From IMG/VR virus record IMGVR_UViG_3300042558_004043: 64,000 bases of DNA. One strand, given 5' to 3'. Source of the DNA: a virus. Lineage: Duplodnaviria > Caudoviricetes. The notes beneath the pieces were generated by a model that saw only the letters and a list, made by a program, of their open reading frames with translations, was not told the origin of the DNA and ran no database searches. Shown here piece by piece: positions 20,167 to 29,622 of the stretch; the stretch's first letter is position 1, and each line of letters begins with the position of its first letter. The translations under genes were made by a program, and so were the position numbers.

Positions 20167-20660
20167 TTTTTAATATATTCGTTAAAATCTATAGCAGTAT
20201 CATCTTTGTCACTAATAATTAATTGGTGACTACCAAGTAGTGACTCAATTCTTTTTCTAACTCCAGGTATACTCATCCAATGAATCGATACCTCATGTTC
20301 CTTTGAATAAATCTCATCAACAAAATAACTAACGATAGTTCCTGACTCCAAAGTTAAGAACCCGTGAGCATATCCTTTAGGAACAAATACGCCTTCACCT
20401 TCTTTTAATTCATACACTTCAACTTCACCTATATTTTCACCTTTTAAACATACTATAATATCAACTATTCGTCCTTTTATTACTGAAACATATTTGGATT
20501 GTTTTCTTGGTTCTGTTTGAAAGTGAAGTCCTCTCCAAGTAAATGGGTTATCATTAATACTTAAATTTGATTGAACCCAACGGTCTTCAATTTGAATTGG
20601 CGTAAATGAACCTCGATTATCTTTAAAAACAGAAATATTGAATTTTTTTGGAGTTTTCAT
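20163..20660 (-). CDS. rmlC: dTDP-4-dehydrorhamnose 3,5-epimerase
   Basis: DNRGSF, QSNLS, RGLHFQ, KYVSVIKGRIVD, VPKGYAHGF. Confidence 0.9.
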   Translation of the reverse strand: MKTPKKFNISVFKDNRGSFTPIQIEDRWVQSNLSINDNPFTWRGLHFQTEPRKQSKYVSVIKGRIVDIIVCLKGENIGEVEVYELKEGEGVFVPKGYAHGFLTLESGTIVSYFVDEIYSKEHEVSIHWMSIPGVRKRIESLLGSHQLIISDKDDTAIDFNEYIKK

Positions 20661-20720
20661 ATTCGAAATATAAAAAATAATTTCCCATCAATCAATATAT
20701 TTATTTAGAAAAACAAAACT

Positions 20721-21272
20721 ATGAATTCATATTTTTTCAAAATGACCCAAGCCGAGAAAAATAATATTCTTGACCAACATAAAACAATTTATGATGGGTT
20801 TGCAACACAATATGGTCAACCAAAAGAACAACCATTATATACTCAAGATTTTGCCAATGACAAAAACGGAATTACTGTAAGTAATAAAGGTAATGTTAAG
20901 GGATACACAAATATGAATATTAATGAAGATGTTTTTACCGGTTCGATGGGAACCCCCGAACGAACTTTCGATTTTGGTGGCCCTGATGAAACATTTGAAG
21001 ATGAAGAATTCATGGTTAGTGTAGGTGAACAATTAGATATGATTGGAGACGGTTCTGATGATTTAGACCATGGAACATTTGAGGATGATGAAACGGAGAT
21101 GTTGGTAAGTCCCGAAGGTAAAATGGAAATGTTTGTAGATAATGATAAAGATGATTTTGATGAGATTGATATAACCTCAATGTTTGAAGAAATTGAAGAA
21201 GAAAAAATCGAGCCACTACAAGAACAGATTAATAAAACTCTTGATATGTTCAAGAGATTTAAGAATTTATAA
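20721..21272 (+). CDS. acidic hypothetical protein
   Basis: EKNNILDQH N-term; TATTTAT at 20698. Confidence 0.65.
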   Translation: MNSYFFKMTQAEKNNILDQHKTIYDGFATQYGQPKEQPLYTQDFANDKNGITVSNKGNVKGYTNMNINEDVFTGSMGTPERTFDFGGPDETFEDEEFMVSVGEQLDMIGDGSDDLDHGTFEDDETEMLVSPEGKMEMFVDNDKDDFDEIDITSMFEEIEEEKIEPLQEQINKTLDMFKRFKNL

Positions 21273-21276
21273 ATTT

Positions 21277-21615
21277 ATGGAAATCAAAGATTTAGTTTCA
21301 TTTTATGTGAATGAATCTACTCACACACTAGATGTTACGTTTAGATTAGATTCAGATAGAGATGATGAAGTAAGAACCGACCAAATTGGGTTTGATGAAA
21401 TTAAAGGTTTTGGGTATAACTTTTTGGACGACAAAATAGATGTATATAAAACTCTTTTTGAAGATGAGTCTTTCGAAGATGAAGAAGAGTTTGATTCAGA
21501 TATTTTTGAAGATATATTTTCTGACTCAGAAATCGATGAACACGAGATTGTCTCATTCTTAAATGAATACTATCTGATTTATAATTCTAGATTACCAAAA
21601 TCTGAAATTTATTAA
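21277..21615 (+). CDS. acidic hypothetical protein
   Basis: ATG 21277 (MEIKDLVSFY) after upstream stop. Confidence 0.65.
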   Translation: MEIKDLVSFYVNESTHTLDVTFRLDSDRDDEVRTDQIGFDEIKGFGYNFLDDKIDVYKTLFEDESFEDEEEFDSDIFEDIFSDSEIDEHEIVSFLNEYYLIYNSRLPKSEIY

Positions 21616-22118
21616 GGTCCAACCCTTGTCATATGTATTGTCATTGATGATTGTTGCCAAATATTTGGAAACACCCATTGACCTGTGGTTCTGAATGTTA
21701 AACTTTCTGCGGAATCGTCCACAACTTTTAGAACCAATTTTCGTTCCATCAAATTAATATCAATATAACCCAAGTCATATTGATTATATGCTGGCACCAA
21801 ACTATAAAAATATTGTTCGGACCATTCTAATTGACCCACAGGATTAACATAAGGTAAAAAAGAAACCACACTATAGTCAAAATGCCATTTGGTATAACCA
21901 ACATGTATGTAATTGAGAGGAAAACTATCGGTTTCGTTTACAAAAACATCACCAGGCAGGTATGTAGTATCAGACCCAGTGTTAGGACCCTCAGTAATAT
22001 TAACAACTATTTTATCGATGATGTATTCACCACTTAGACTAACCAATGAAGGTTCTTCGTATCTATAACAAGATACTAATACACTTGATAATATAAAAAT
22101 CAAAAATATGTTTCTCAT
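21612..22118 (-). CDS. putative lipoprotein
   Basis: lipobox LVSC; CAT at 22116-22118 shows minus strand (track label + is wrong); TATATTTG on minus at 22134-22141. Confidence 0.7.
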   Translation of the reverse strand: MRNIFLIFILSSVLVSCYRYEEPSLVSLSGEYIIDKIVVNITEGPNTGSDTTYLPGDVFVNETDSFPLNYIHVGYTKWHFDYSVVSFLPYVNPVGQLEWSEQYFYSLVPAYNQYDLGYIDINLMERKLVLKVVDDSAESLTFRTTGQWVFPNIWQQSSMTIHMTRVGP

Positions 22119-22174
22119 AATAGTAATATTTTACAAATATAGGAAATTTTTGAATAACAAAATATTTATTTTAT

Positions 22175-22423
22175 ATGAAAAACGACATTGATTCAATCAT
22201 TTCTCTGATGAAATCGTTTACTCCGTCATCAGATAAAGAAGAAATGGGAGAACAGGACGCAGCAGCTCCTGCCTCTGGAGGTGGAGGAGCAAAACCCGCA
22301 TATCCCACAGTCACAAAATGGGAAAGTGGTGTTGCAAGAACAGGACCCGCTAATCAAATAGGTCTTACGAAGTGGAGTGAAATTGTTAAATTAACAAGAG
22401 GTAAAGCTAATACTTTATTATGA
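22175..22423 (+). CDS. small putative virion protein
   Basis: KWESGVARTGPANQI; TATTTAT at 22163. Confidence 0.6.
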   Translation: MKNDIDSIISLMKSFTPSSDKEEMGEQDAAAPASGGGGAKPAYPTVTKWESGVARTGPANQIGLTKWSEIVKLTRGKANTLL

Positions 22424-22463
22424 ATTTAATATAACTAAGATATATTTATTAAAAAACTAAATT

Positions 22464-23417
22464 ATGGATAATAAGAGAAAAATAGGAGAAGAGGAATTAA
22501 AAAGAGCCCTTCTTATGATGAAATACGATAGTAAAAAGACATTAACTGAAAATATAAATGAAGTAGATACAGGATATTTAACAGGGGCGGGACTTGCAGG
22601 AGCCGGTACCGCCGTTGGTTTAGGGGCTGTAGCGACAGCAATGGGAGCGGGAGCTACCGCAGGTTCATTCGTACCTGGATTAGGTACTGCGATTGGAGCC
22701 GCAGTAGGGGCCACCATTGGAATAGTTCTAGCACTCTCAAATAACACTGGTTCTGCCGATAATACAATAAAAATTATTAAAACTTGTACATCTGGTGGTG
22801 TTGGTTCCCCTTCACAAAGTGATAGTGAATTAGAAGGAATTGTAAATCAAATATATACCGCAATAGAAGGTCTTGGAACTGACGAGGAAGCTATCAAAAA
22901 CGCTATTTCATCTTGTGATACATTTCCTGATTTTTGTAGGATGTCTGAAATTTATTTAGATAATTATAATGAAACTTTAGTAGATGCGTTGGATGGTGAT
23001 TTTGATTTACCAGGGGATTGGCAAGAATATATATATACACCTCTCAAACAAGTTATGAAAAGAACTAAAGTTATTGATGAAACTAAATTATCGGCAAGTA
23101 CAACTACTGACGGTGGAGACACTACAGGAGGCGGAGAAGTAGTTCCCGTACCTTCTGTTGGTAAATATAAGGCGTGTGAAGGTACTTACACTCAAGGATG
23201 TTATTCAGACGCTATCAAACAAATTCAAACATGTTTAGATTTGGTACCGGATGGTAAATATGGACCTAAAACACAAGCAGCTTTAGAAGGGGCAGGATTT
23301 GGCTCAGGGTTTAAAGATTCTGATGTAGATAAAATTTGTCAGACTCAAACAATGCCTGAACCTGATATGGATTTACCGACACCTGATGAAGATGACATTG
23401 ATTCATTGAATATTTAA
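22464..23417 (+). CDS. glycine-zipper + annexin-like repeat + peptidoglycan-binding domain protein
   Basis: GxxxG hydrophobic stretch, IYTAIEGLGTDEEAI, IKQIQTCL...DGKYGPKTQAAL. Confidence 0.6.
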   Translation: MDNKRKIGEEELKRALLMMKYDSKKTLTENINEVDTGYLTGAGLAGAGTAVGLGAVATAMGAGATAGSFVPGLGTAIGAAVGATIGIVLALSNNTGSADNTIKIIKTCTSGGVGSPSQSDSELEGIVNQIYTAIEGLGTDEEAIKNAISSCDTFPDFCRMSEIYLDNYNETLVDALDGDFDLPGDWQEYIYTPLKQVMKRTKVIDETKLSASTTTDGGDTTGGGEVVPVPSVGKYKACEGTYTQGCYSDAIKQIQTCLDLVPDGKYGPKTQAALEGAGFGSGFKDSDVDKICQTQTMPEPDMDLPTPDEDDIDSLNI

Positions 23418-23430
23418 AAAATTTAACCGA

Positions 23431-25113
23431 ATGAAAAAAAGAAATATTATAACGGAACAAGCCGCTGTCATGGATGACAGAACAAAACTAAAAACCGCTG
23501 CCGAAAATGGATGTTATCCTAAATGGTTAAAAAATGGAAGATTAGGTAACTATAAAGGTAAAAAAGTTTGGTATGGCACAAACGATAAAGGAAATACCGT
23601 TATCTTCTATGCGGATATGACCGCAGAAGTTAAGTTCAAAGATACAGATAAACCTTCTAAAACTGGAAAATGGAAATGTCAGGCATTAGAACAAACAGTT
23701 GGTGTTGAAGCACCAATGGAACAATTTACTCCTGACCAACAAAAATACATTGAAGATTTGGTTAAGTATGAAGGTGTTGTTAGAGAAAAACCATCTGATT
23801 ATGAAACAAATCAAGGAAAATATGAAGTTATAGATTTAAATTCTAAAAACCCAACTTTATTCCCTAAAGTCGGAGTTGCGATGGTTTATAAACAAAAAGG
23901 TGAAATTAATATTGATAAACCACAACAAGACCAAATTATACAATCATATAAAGATAGAGGTTACCAAATTGAAAGACCGCCTGCAACCGAAAGTTTATTT
24001 TGGAACTCAATTAATTTAAGAACCGCTGAAGATGGTAAATACTCAGAATATTTTTCAACACCATTTTTCATGTATCAGAGAGTCCAAGATACAAAACTTG
24101 CGGACGAAGACATTAAACAAGTTGAAATTGATAGTCAAAGTCAAGATGTTGAAAAATCTTTATGTAGACAATATATTCAATCTTTATATACTCACATGTC
24201 TCAAAATAAGGCGATGGAAGATACTATGAAGAATAACATGAAGATTTATGTTAGAAGATGTGCAGCTCAAGATAAGATTCCAATGTTTGCCAAGAGTAAA
24301 TATGAGGAATTATATGGTTTGAACCCTTATAGAAATTCTTATAGTTTGAGATGTCCGGCAGGATACAAATTAAACGAATTAAAAGTATGTATGCCGGTTA
24401 AGGGAAAAAATGAAAGTATCGAACAAAAAGAAGTCATTGATAGTTACGAGATTGATTTAAAAAAATCAATTAAAGAAGGGCTTAAGAATTATAAAGGGTC
24501 AAAAAAAAAAGTTAACGAGAACGAGACCAAAATAATTAAAAATAGAATTAAATTCATAACTGAAGACATAAATTTAGATTCAGTTGAGAACCAAAAAAAG
24601 GTAGGTTCAGAATTATTCGAGGAAGTTATGTACCTTCGTTCACAAGGTTTTAATTCTCCGATATTAAATGAAGGTTTATTTGACTTTTTAGGTGGAGTTT
24701 TAGGACATTCAACTGAAGGTGTGAGTCAGTTCTTTAAGGAAAAATTGGTTGATAAGGTCCTATCAATTTTGGGAGTAAATCCTGATAGCTGGGTTGGAGG
24801 TGTAGTATCAACAACTATTGGTAACTTGGCATTAAGTGATATTCCTAAAGTATTTACCGATTGTAGTTTTACAACAAAATTATTGTCAAAATCAATCGCT
24901 GAAGAAGCCGTTAACCAAGTTAGATTAGGTGTTGGAGTATCTGGAGGTTTCTATGATATTCTTTCAAACACTTTAGTTGATATGATTGAAAAGGGTGATT
25001 TTGCCCAATCGGTTGAAGAAAAATTAGCAAATTCAATTTGTCCTATGTTATCTGATGTTAGACAAAAATTTACCGATACAGAACAAGGTTTAAAGGACAA
25101 AGTTTTTTCTTAA
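23431..25113 (+). CDS. large hypothetical putative virion protein
   Basis: 560 aa; N-term MKKRNIITEQ, internal ILNEGLFD. Confidence 0.7.
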   Translation: MKKRNIITEQAAVMDDRTKLKTAAENGCYPKWLKNGRLGNYKGKKVWYGTNDKGNTVIFYADMTAEVKFKDTDKPSKTGKWKCQALEQTVGVEAPMEQFTPDQQKYIEDLVKYEGVVREKPSDYETNQGKYEVIDLNSKNPTLFPKVGVAMVYKQKGEINIDKPQQDQIIQSYKDRGYQIERPPATESLFWNSINLRTAEDGKYSEYFSTPFFMYQRVQDTKLADEDIKQVEIDSQSQDVEKSLCRQYIQSLYTHMSQNKAMEDTMKNNMKIYVRRCAAQDKIPMFAKSKYEELYGLNPYRNSYSLRCPAGYKLNELKVCMPVKGKNESIEQKEVIDSYEIDLKKSIKEGLKNYKGSKKKVNENETKIIKNRIKFITEDINLDSVENQKKVGSELFEEVMYLRSQGFNSPILNEGLFDFLGGVLGHSTEGVSQFFKEKLVDKVLSILGVNPDSWVGGVVSTTIGNLALSDIPKVFTDCSFTTKLLSKSIAEEAVNQVRLGVGVSGGFYDILSNTLVDMIEKGDFAQSVEEKLANSICPMLSDVRQKFTDTEQGLKDKVFS

Positions 25114-25181
25114 GAAACCTAGCAGAGTAGTTTCTGCAATGGGATAAACCACTAAAAGAAAGGGGGTATTCCAAATCTAAC

Positions 25182-25208
25182 AAAAAGGTGTCGAGAGACA
25201 CCTTTTTG
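25182..25208. terminator. bidirectional intrinsic terminator between convergent genes
   Basis: AAAAAGGTGTC-GAGA-GACACCTTTTT. Confidence 0.85.
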
Positions 25209-25210
25209 TT

Positions 25211-25702
25211 TTATATGAAGGATTTTCTGAACTCCTCCCACACAAACTCAACCTGAGGGTTAACAACATCTGAAAATATTGTTGGTTCGTATGGTTTTTT
25301 TAAAAACTTCATACCCGCTTCCTCAGGTGTACAATTATCTTTTGTACGGTTACATGACGAACAACAAGTAACAAGATTTAACCAAGTATTGTCCCCACCT
25401 CGTGATTTAGGAATGACATGGTCAACCGTTAAATTTTTTTTACTACCACAATAAACACATTGATAGTCATCTCGTCTAAAAAGTCTATGACGATTAATTT
25501 TTAATTTGTGGTATCTGAATTTGACATAATTGAAAAGACGTATAATAAGAGGTCTAACAAATGTTTGTAAACCAGCAAGTATAGGTTTTTCGTGAGATTT
25601 TAATATCTCAGCCTTACCTTTATTTACCAAATTGAACCCCTTATAAACGGATGTCACATTAATGGGGGTAAAATCTGAGTTTAGAACTAAAACTTTCTCC
25701 AT
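25211..25702 (-). CDS. HNH endonuclease
   Basis: RDDYQCVYCG, LTVDHVIPKSRGG, NLVTCCSSCNRTK. Confidence 0.9.
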   Translation of the reverse strand: MEKVLVLNSDFTPINVTSVYKGFNLVNKGKAEILKSHEKPILAGLQTFVRPLIIRLFNYVKFRYHKLKINRHRLFRRDDYQCVYCGSKKNLTVDHVIPKSRGGDNTWLNLVTCCSSCNRTKDNCTPEEAGMKFLKKPYEPTIFSDVVNPQVEFVWEEFRKSFI

Positions 25703-25809
25703 CCATTCAAATATACGAAATTTTAGTCACATAAAAAATAACCTGTAAAAAAATAATTTATTTGTCAATTCGAAAATTCTACCTATATTTGTAATCACAA
25801 ACAACAAAT

Positions 25810-25883
25810 GCTCCCGTAGCTCAGTTGGATAGAGCAACAGATTTCTAATCTGTGGGCCAGGGGTTCGAATCCCTTCGGGAGTA
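25810..25883 (+). tRNA. tRNA-Arg(UCU)
   Basis: acceptor GCTCCCG/CGGGAGT, anticodon arm ACAGA-TT-TCT-AA-TCTGT, GGTTCGAATCC; CCA not encoded; TATATTTG at 25784. Confidence 0.95.
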
Positions 25884-25893
25884 CTAATTTTTT

Positions 25894-26274
25894 ATGATGA
25901 AAAAACTAATCCTAACTTTAGTCCTATCACTTTTGACAATCATCTCATTCTCACAAGTTTGGGCAAGGGCCGTCAGTCTAACAATTGGTGTTAGAGATGA
26001 TGCTTATTCCAAATTTACGTGGGGAGAAACGAAAAAATTGTCGGGTGATATTCTTGTCAAATTTGACGCTCAGGAAATTACAATATACACCGAAGATATT
26101 CAATTCTATCAGACACTTAAACCTGAATATTTTACCGAAGATGGTAATGGTTCTTATTGGTATGCGGTTGACGAAGATAGGAAAAGATGCAAGGTTTATC
26201 TTTACTATAAAGGTGGGGACATTGTTATGGTTGAATATGATGACGTATGTATAATTTATGAGGTTTTATATTAA
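25894..26274 (+). CDS. secreted hypothetical protein
   Basis: signal peptide MMKKLILTLVLSLLTIISFSQ. Confidence 0.7.
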   Translation: MMKKLILTLVLSLLTIISFSQVWARAVSLTIGVRDDAYSKFTWGETKKLSGDILVKFDAQEITIYTEDIQFYQTLKPEYFTEDGNGSYWYAVDEDRKRCKVYLYYKGGDIVMVEYDDVCIIYEVLY

Positions 26275-26340
26275 AAAGATTGAAGACAATGTTGATAAGT
26301 AAATTTTGTAAAATCAAAAAAGTTACCGTATATTTGTACC

Positions 26341-27012
26341 ATGAAACACATACTTATAACCCTCACAATTATTTCTTTATTTTCTTGTAACAACGAACCA
26401 ACTAAAGTCGTTCCATGGTCCGAAAGTGGAATTCCTGAACTTGAAAGTCTTGGTCGAAAACTCGAAAAAATGCCTGACATAGACGACACTTTGTCTCAGC
26501 ATTATGTAAAAATTCTTAAAGAAAAAGAATTAGACGAAGTCCAACCTAAAGTTGAATCTGCGGTCCGAATTAAAGGATTGGGTAATTACAATCAAAAGGA
26601 TGTTAACAAAGTTGCGGAATATGTTAACAAGTTTTTTGGTTATCGATGTATAGTTGAGGAAGGAGTCCCAACGACAAGTAAGATGTATTACAATGGAAAT
26701 AACTTAGATGTTTCCCAATGTATATTTGAACTTAATCGTCACGGAGTTAAAACAATTTATGTGACCAATGAAAACGTTGTTAATAAAGGTCAACAAATTC
26801 GTGGGGGTACGTTCTTACGTTGTAATACTGTGATTGTGGAACATACTGATTACGATGAAACTACGGTTTTACACGAAGTTGGTCATACGTTAGGTCTTGT
26901 TCACTGTGATAACCCAAAATGTTTGATGGCCATTAATAATGACGCCGAGGTAACTATGGATTTTTGTGATAAATGTAAAAAAAGATTGAAACAAGATGAA
27001 AACATTCAATGA
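26341..27012 (+). CDS. lipoprotein zinc metalloprotease (archaemetzincin-like)
   Basis: lipobox LFSC; HEVGHTLGLVHC...CLM...FCDKC. Confidence 0.8.
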   Translation: MKHILITLTIISLFSCNNEPTKVVPWSESGIPELESLGRKLEKMPDIDDTLSQHYVKILKEKELDEVQPKVESAVRIKGLGNYNQKDVNKVAEYVNKFFGYRCIVEEGVPTTSKMYYNGNNLDVSQCIFELNRHGVKTIYVTNENVVNKGQQIRGGTFLRCNTVIVEHTDYDETTVLHEVGHTLGLVHCDNPKCLMAINNDAEVTMDFCDKCKKRLKQDENIQ

Positions 27013-27280
27013 TTTGGTATTTGAACCCCACCCAAATTTGAGAGGAGGAGTTCAAGCTTTAATGACCCTTAACAACGGATACGAAATTTCAGTAGTTGGT
27101 GGAGATGAATTCTTTTACGGAGATGGTATTAACACTTTTGAAGTTGCGGTGTTTGACAGAATGGGAGAAATGATAATGCTTCAAGAAACCGACCAAGTTT
27201 TAGGGTACCAAATCAAACATGAAATCACTGATTTAATTCAGAAATACGATAATGAACCAATTTTAAAAGTTAATTTATGA
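26996..27280 (+). CDS. conserved phage hypothetical protein
   Basis: MKTFNDLVF...NGYEISVV...FEVAV. Confidence 0.65.
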   Translation: MKTFNDLVFEPHPNLRGGVQALMTLNNGYEISVVGGDEFFYGDGINTFEVAVFDRMGEMIMLQETDQVLGYQIKHEITDLIQKYDNEPILKVNL

Positions 27281-27441
27281 GTAAAGAAGCTAAAGATTTT
27301 GCATATTGGATACCGACGGTATATGAACCATGTGGCCAACATGATTGGAAATATAGGTATCCAAAAAATTCAGATGAAATGACCAAGTGTTTCACTGTTG
27401 AGGAGGTTTACGACGACTATATACAAAAAAAGGGGAGTTAA
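27277..27441 (+). CDS. small hypothetical protein (54 aa, not in track)
   Basis: ATGA-coupled; MSKEAKDFAYW... Confidence 0.5.
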   Translation: MSKEAKDFAYWIPTVYEPCGQHDWKYRYPKNSDEMTKCFTVEEVYDDYIQKKGS

Positions 27442-27472
27442 CAACTCCCCTTAATTCCCAATATTTGAAATA

Positions 27473-27637
27473 TTATTTGTTGGATAAAATTGACCATACG
27501 GTCCCAACGAAAGTTACAGTCATACCAATTATGTCCATAATTTGACCTTCTGATGCTAAGCCCCTAGCAACTAAAATTCCCCCTAAAAAAGTAAGTCCGT
27601 GTCTAACTAAACCCAAAATTTGTTCTTTTTGTACCAT
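27473..27637 (-). CDS. putative small holin (54 aa, not in track)
   Basis: MVQKEQILGLVRHGLTFLGGILVARG...VGTVWSILSNK; two TM segments, resembles Pam3-gp28-type holins. Confidence 0.65.
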   Translation of the reverse strand: MVQKEQILGLVRHGLTFLGGILVARGLASEGQIMDIIGMTVTFVGTVWSILSNK

Positions 27638-27726
27638 TGTTTAAAAATTAAAATTTATTTACTATAAATATTTTGAAAGTCGGAAAAACACACTTACATT
27701 TGTAATCACAATTAAAACGATAAAAT

Positions 27727-28095
27727 ATGTCTAAAGAAAAAAAGAACTCTATTGATTCATTGTATGAACAAACTATGTTAATTGCAAAACAAGTAGAACA
27801 ATTAAAGAAAGAAGTTATGGGTGAACAAACCTATTCCTTCACGAAACAACAACTCAAGGAATTTTCAGACGCACTGTATGATAATTTTGTTCAATTACAA
27901 AACTCCTCAATTTCTGGAATTGAATTTTCAAGTGATTATGTTCAATTAGAACTTGAGGACAATGTAATCGTTGCTTCAATTGATTCCACTGGTATTTCTG
28001 ATGAAATTGAAAGTCTTGTTGAGCCTCCGAGCACTTATGAAATGGATAATATGATTAGTGAGATTTTGGAGAGTATGAAGATAGAACTCCAATGA
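27727..28095 (+). CDS. hypothetical protein
   Basis: TACATTTG promoter at 27695-27702. Confidence 0.6.
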   Translation: MSKEKKNSIDSLYEQTMLIAKQVEQLKKEVMGEQTYSFTKQQLKEFSDALYDNFVQLQNSSISGIEFSSDYVQLELEDNVIVASIDSTGISDEIESLVEPPSTYEMDNMISEILESMKIELQ

Positions 28096-28313
28096 AAAAA
28101 ATCAAATTAAAAAAACCTTATATCGATAAAACTGATGAGACAAGAAATCAGGTAATTAGAGATATGTTTAACACCAATAAAAAACCAATTACAAAAATGA
28201 GATACAATAACAATACACCTTTTGAAGAATTTATGTACCGTTTTGCGGTTGTCTTTGGAATCACTGTGATTACTTTAAATCTAATTATTTTGGTTTTAAA
28301 GTTGATTGGTTAA
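28092..28313 (+). CDS. small protein with C-terminal TM helix
   Basis: ORF track; hydrophobic C-terminus. Confidence 0.55.
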   Translation: MKKIKLKKPYIDKTDETRNQVIRDMFNTNKKPITKMRYNNNTPFEEFMYRFAVVFGITVITLNLIILVLKLIG

Positions 28314-28349
28314 GGTTTTACCTGTATATTTGTAAAAGTTATTTGAAAT

Positions 28350-28639
28350 GCTGGGTTGATGGAATAGGTAGACATTCAGGACTTTAACTATTTGAGTGCG
28401 TCTTGAGAAATCAAGAATGTAGAACTCCGTAAATTCGGTGAACCCTCCGAAAGTGGGAACCCCGAGCCAAGCCTGAAAAGGAAGGTGTAGAGACTAGACA
28501 CGGAGCACCTAAATCGTAAGATATGGTGAAGGTATAGTCCAGACCACAAACAACTTTTAGTTGGTAGTGAAAACTATAGTGGTAAGAAAATCCTGTGGAC
28601 ATTGCGTCCGTGTGGGTTCGAGTCCCACACCCAGTACCA
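28350..28639 (+). tRNA. tRNA-Leu(UAA), intron-containing
   Basis: 5' exon 28350-28384 ends CAGGA-CTT; 3' exon 28587-28639 starts AAAA-TCCTG, long variable arm, T-arm, encoded CCA; acceptor GCTGGGT/ACCCAGT. Confidence 0.92.
28385..28586 (+). mobile_element. group I self-splicing intron (202 nt, no ORF)
   Basis: core AAATTCGGTGAA / AACCCCGAGCCAAG / AAGGTGTAGAGACTA / GGTATAGTCC; P1 ACUU:GAGU with U.G at splice site; terminal G28586. Confidence 0.92.
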
Positions 28640-28641
28640 AA

Positions 28642-28715
28642 GCACCCTTAGCTCATTAGGTTAGAGCAAGTGACTCATAATCACTGGGTGGCAGGTTCGA
28701 ATCCTGCAGGGTGCA
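28642..28715 (+). tRNA. tRNA(CAU), probably Ile2 (lysidine type), otherwise elongator Met
   Basis: GCACCCT/AGGGTGC acceptor, AGTGA-CT-CAT-AA-TCACT; resembles bacterial Ile2 tRNAs. Confidence 0.85.
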
Positions 28716-28727
28716 CTAGTTAAACAT

Positions 28728-28872
28728 AGTCAAGTGGCGGAATATTGAGAGTCTCCGGAAACATACTCTCAAGGTAGACGTACTAGATGGTTATAGCACT
28801 AGGGGTAAAAAAGCACAATGCGTGTGGTCACTATAATGGCAGCCCGTGGAGGTTCGAATCCTTCCTTGACTA
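28728..28872 (+). ncRNA. oversized tRNA-like RNA (T1, 145 nt)
   Basis: AGTCAAG/CTTGACT acceptor, GGAGG-TTCGAAT-CCTTC T-arm, hairpin inserted in D-loop, 12-nt anticodon loop, branched variable arm. Confidence 0.7.
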
Positions 28873-28975
28873 CAATTTTTTTAATTTACTATGAATGGGT
28901 TAGAATTATTATTAATTGGTATTTGGGTCGGAATGGGACTTGGGTACTTAATAACAAAAGATTTTTATAAGAAAA

Positions 28976-29620
28976 ATGGCACAAGGCGTTCATAAAATAA
29001 CTGAAGAATTTGAAAAAAAATTATCAGACTATACCGGAGCTCCGTTTGTAGTTACAGTAGATAATCAAAGTAATGCACTTTTTTTATCTCTGATGTATGA
29101 AAATGTGAAGGGAATGGATATTGAAATTCCTTGTAGGACATATCCATCGGTCCCTTGTGAAATAATTCACGCAGGAGGTAAAGTTAAATTCTTTAATGTG
29201 GAAGGAGATACGATTAAAGGGGCATATCAGTTATATCCAACTAAAGTTTGGGATAGTGCGTTAAGATTTACTCATAACATGTACATTCCAAACACACATA
29301 TGTGTGTATCTTTCACAGGACCATACAAACATTTAAAATTGGGCAAAGGTGGTGCTATTTTAACTGATGATGAAAATGCCTACAAGTGGTTTAAAAAGGC
29401 TAGATTTAGCGGTCGTGATGAATGTAGTTATCATGATGATGATTTTGATAAAAATCCGGTAATCGGATGGAATTTCTACATGATGCCTGAAATTGCGGCA
29501 AGAGGATTACTTTTAATTAGTCAGTTCTATGATTCGAAGGGAATTCCTATTATCAACGAAGATTTAGAATTACCTTATCCTGATTTATCTAAATTTAAAA
29601 TCTACACTAAAATTAATTAA
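28976..29620 (+). CDS. DegT/DnrJ/EryC1/StrS-family PLP-dependent aminotransferase-like protein (short)
   Basis: EFEKKLSDYTG, NQSNALFL, SFTGPYKHLKLGKGGAILTDD, GWNFYM. Confidence 0.8.
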   Translation: MAQGVHKITEEFEKKLSDYTGAPFVVTVDNQSNALFLSLMYENVKGMDIEIPCRTYPSVPCEIIHAGGKVKFFNVEGDTIKGAYQLYPTKVWDSALRFTHNMYIPNTHMCVSFTGPYKHLKLGKGGAILTDDENAYKWFKKARFSGRDECSYHDDDFDKNPVIGWNFYMMPEIAARGLLLISQFYDSKGIPIINEDLELPYPDLSKFKIYTKIN

Positions 29621-29622
29621 TT

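Noticed and set aside
25211-25702. HNH as the homing endonuclease of the tRNA-Leu intron
   Set aside because: Free-standing, 2.6 kb away, with its own promoter, and a generic short HNH type; no sequence evidence of a link.
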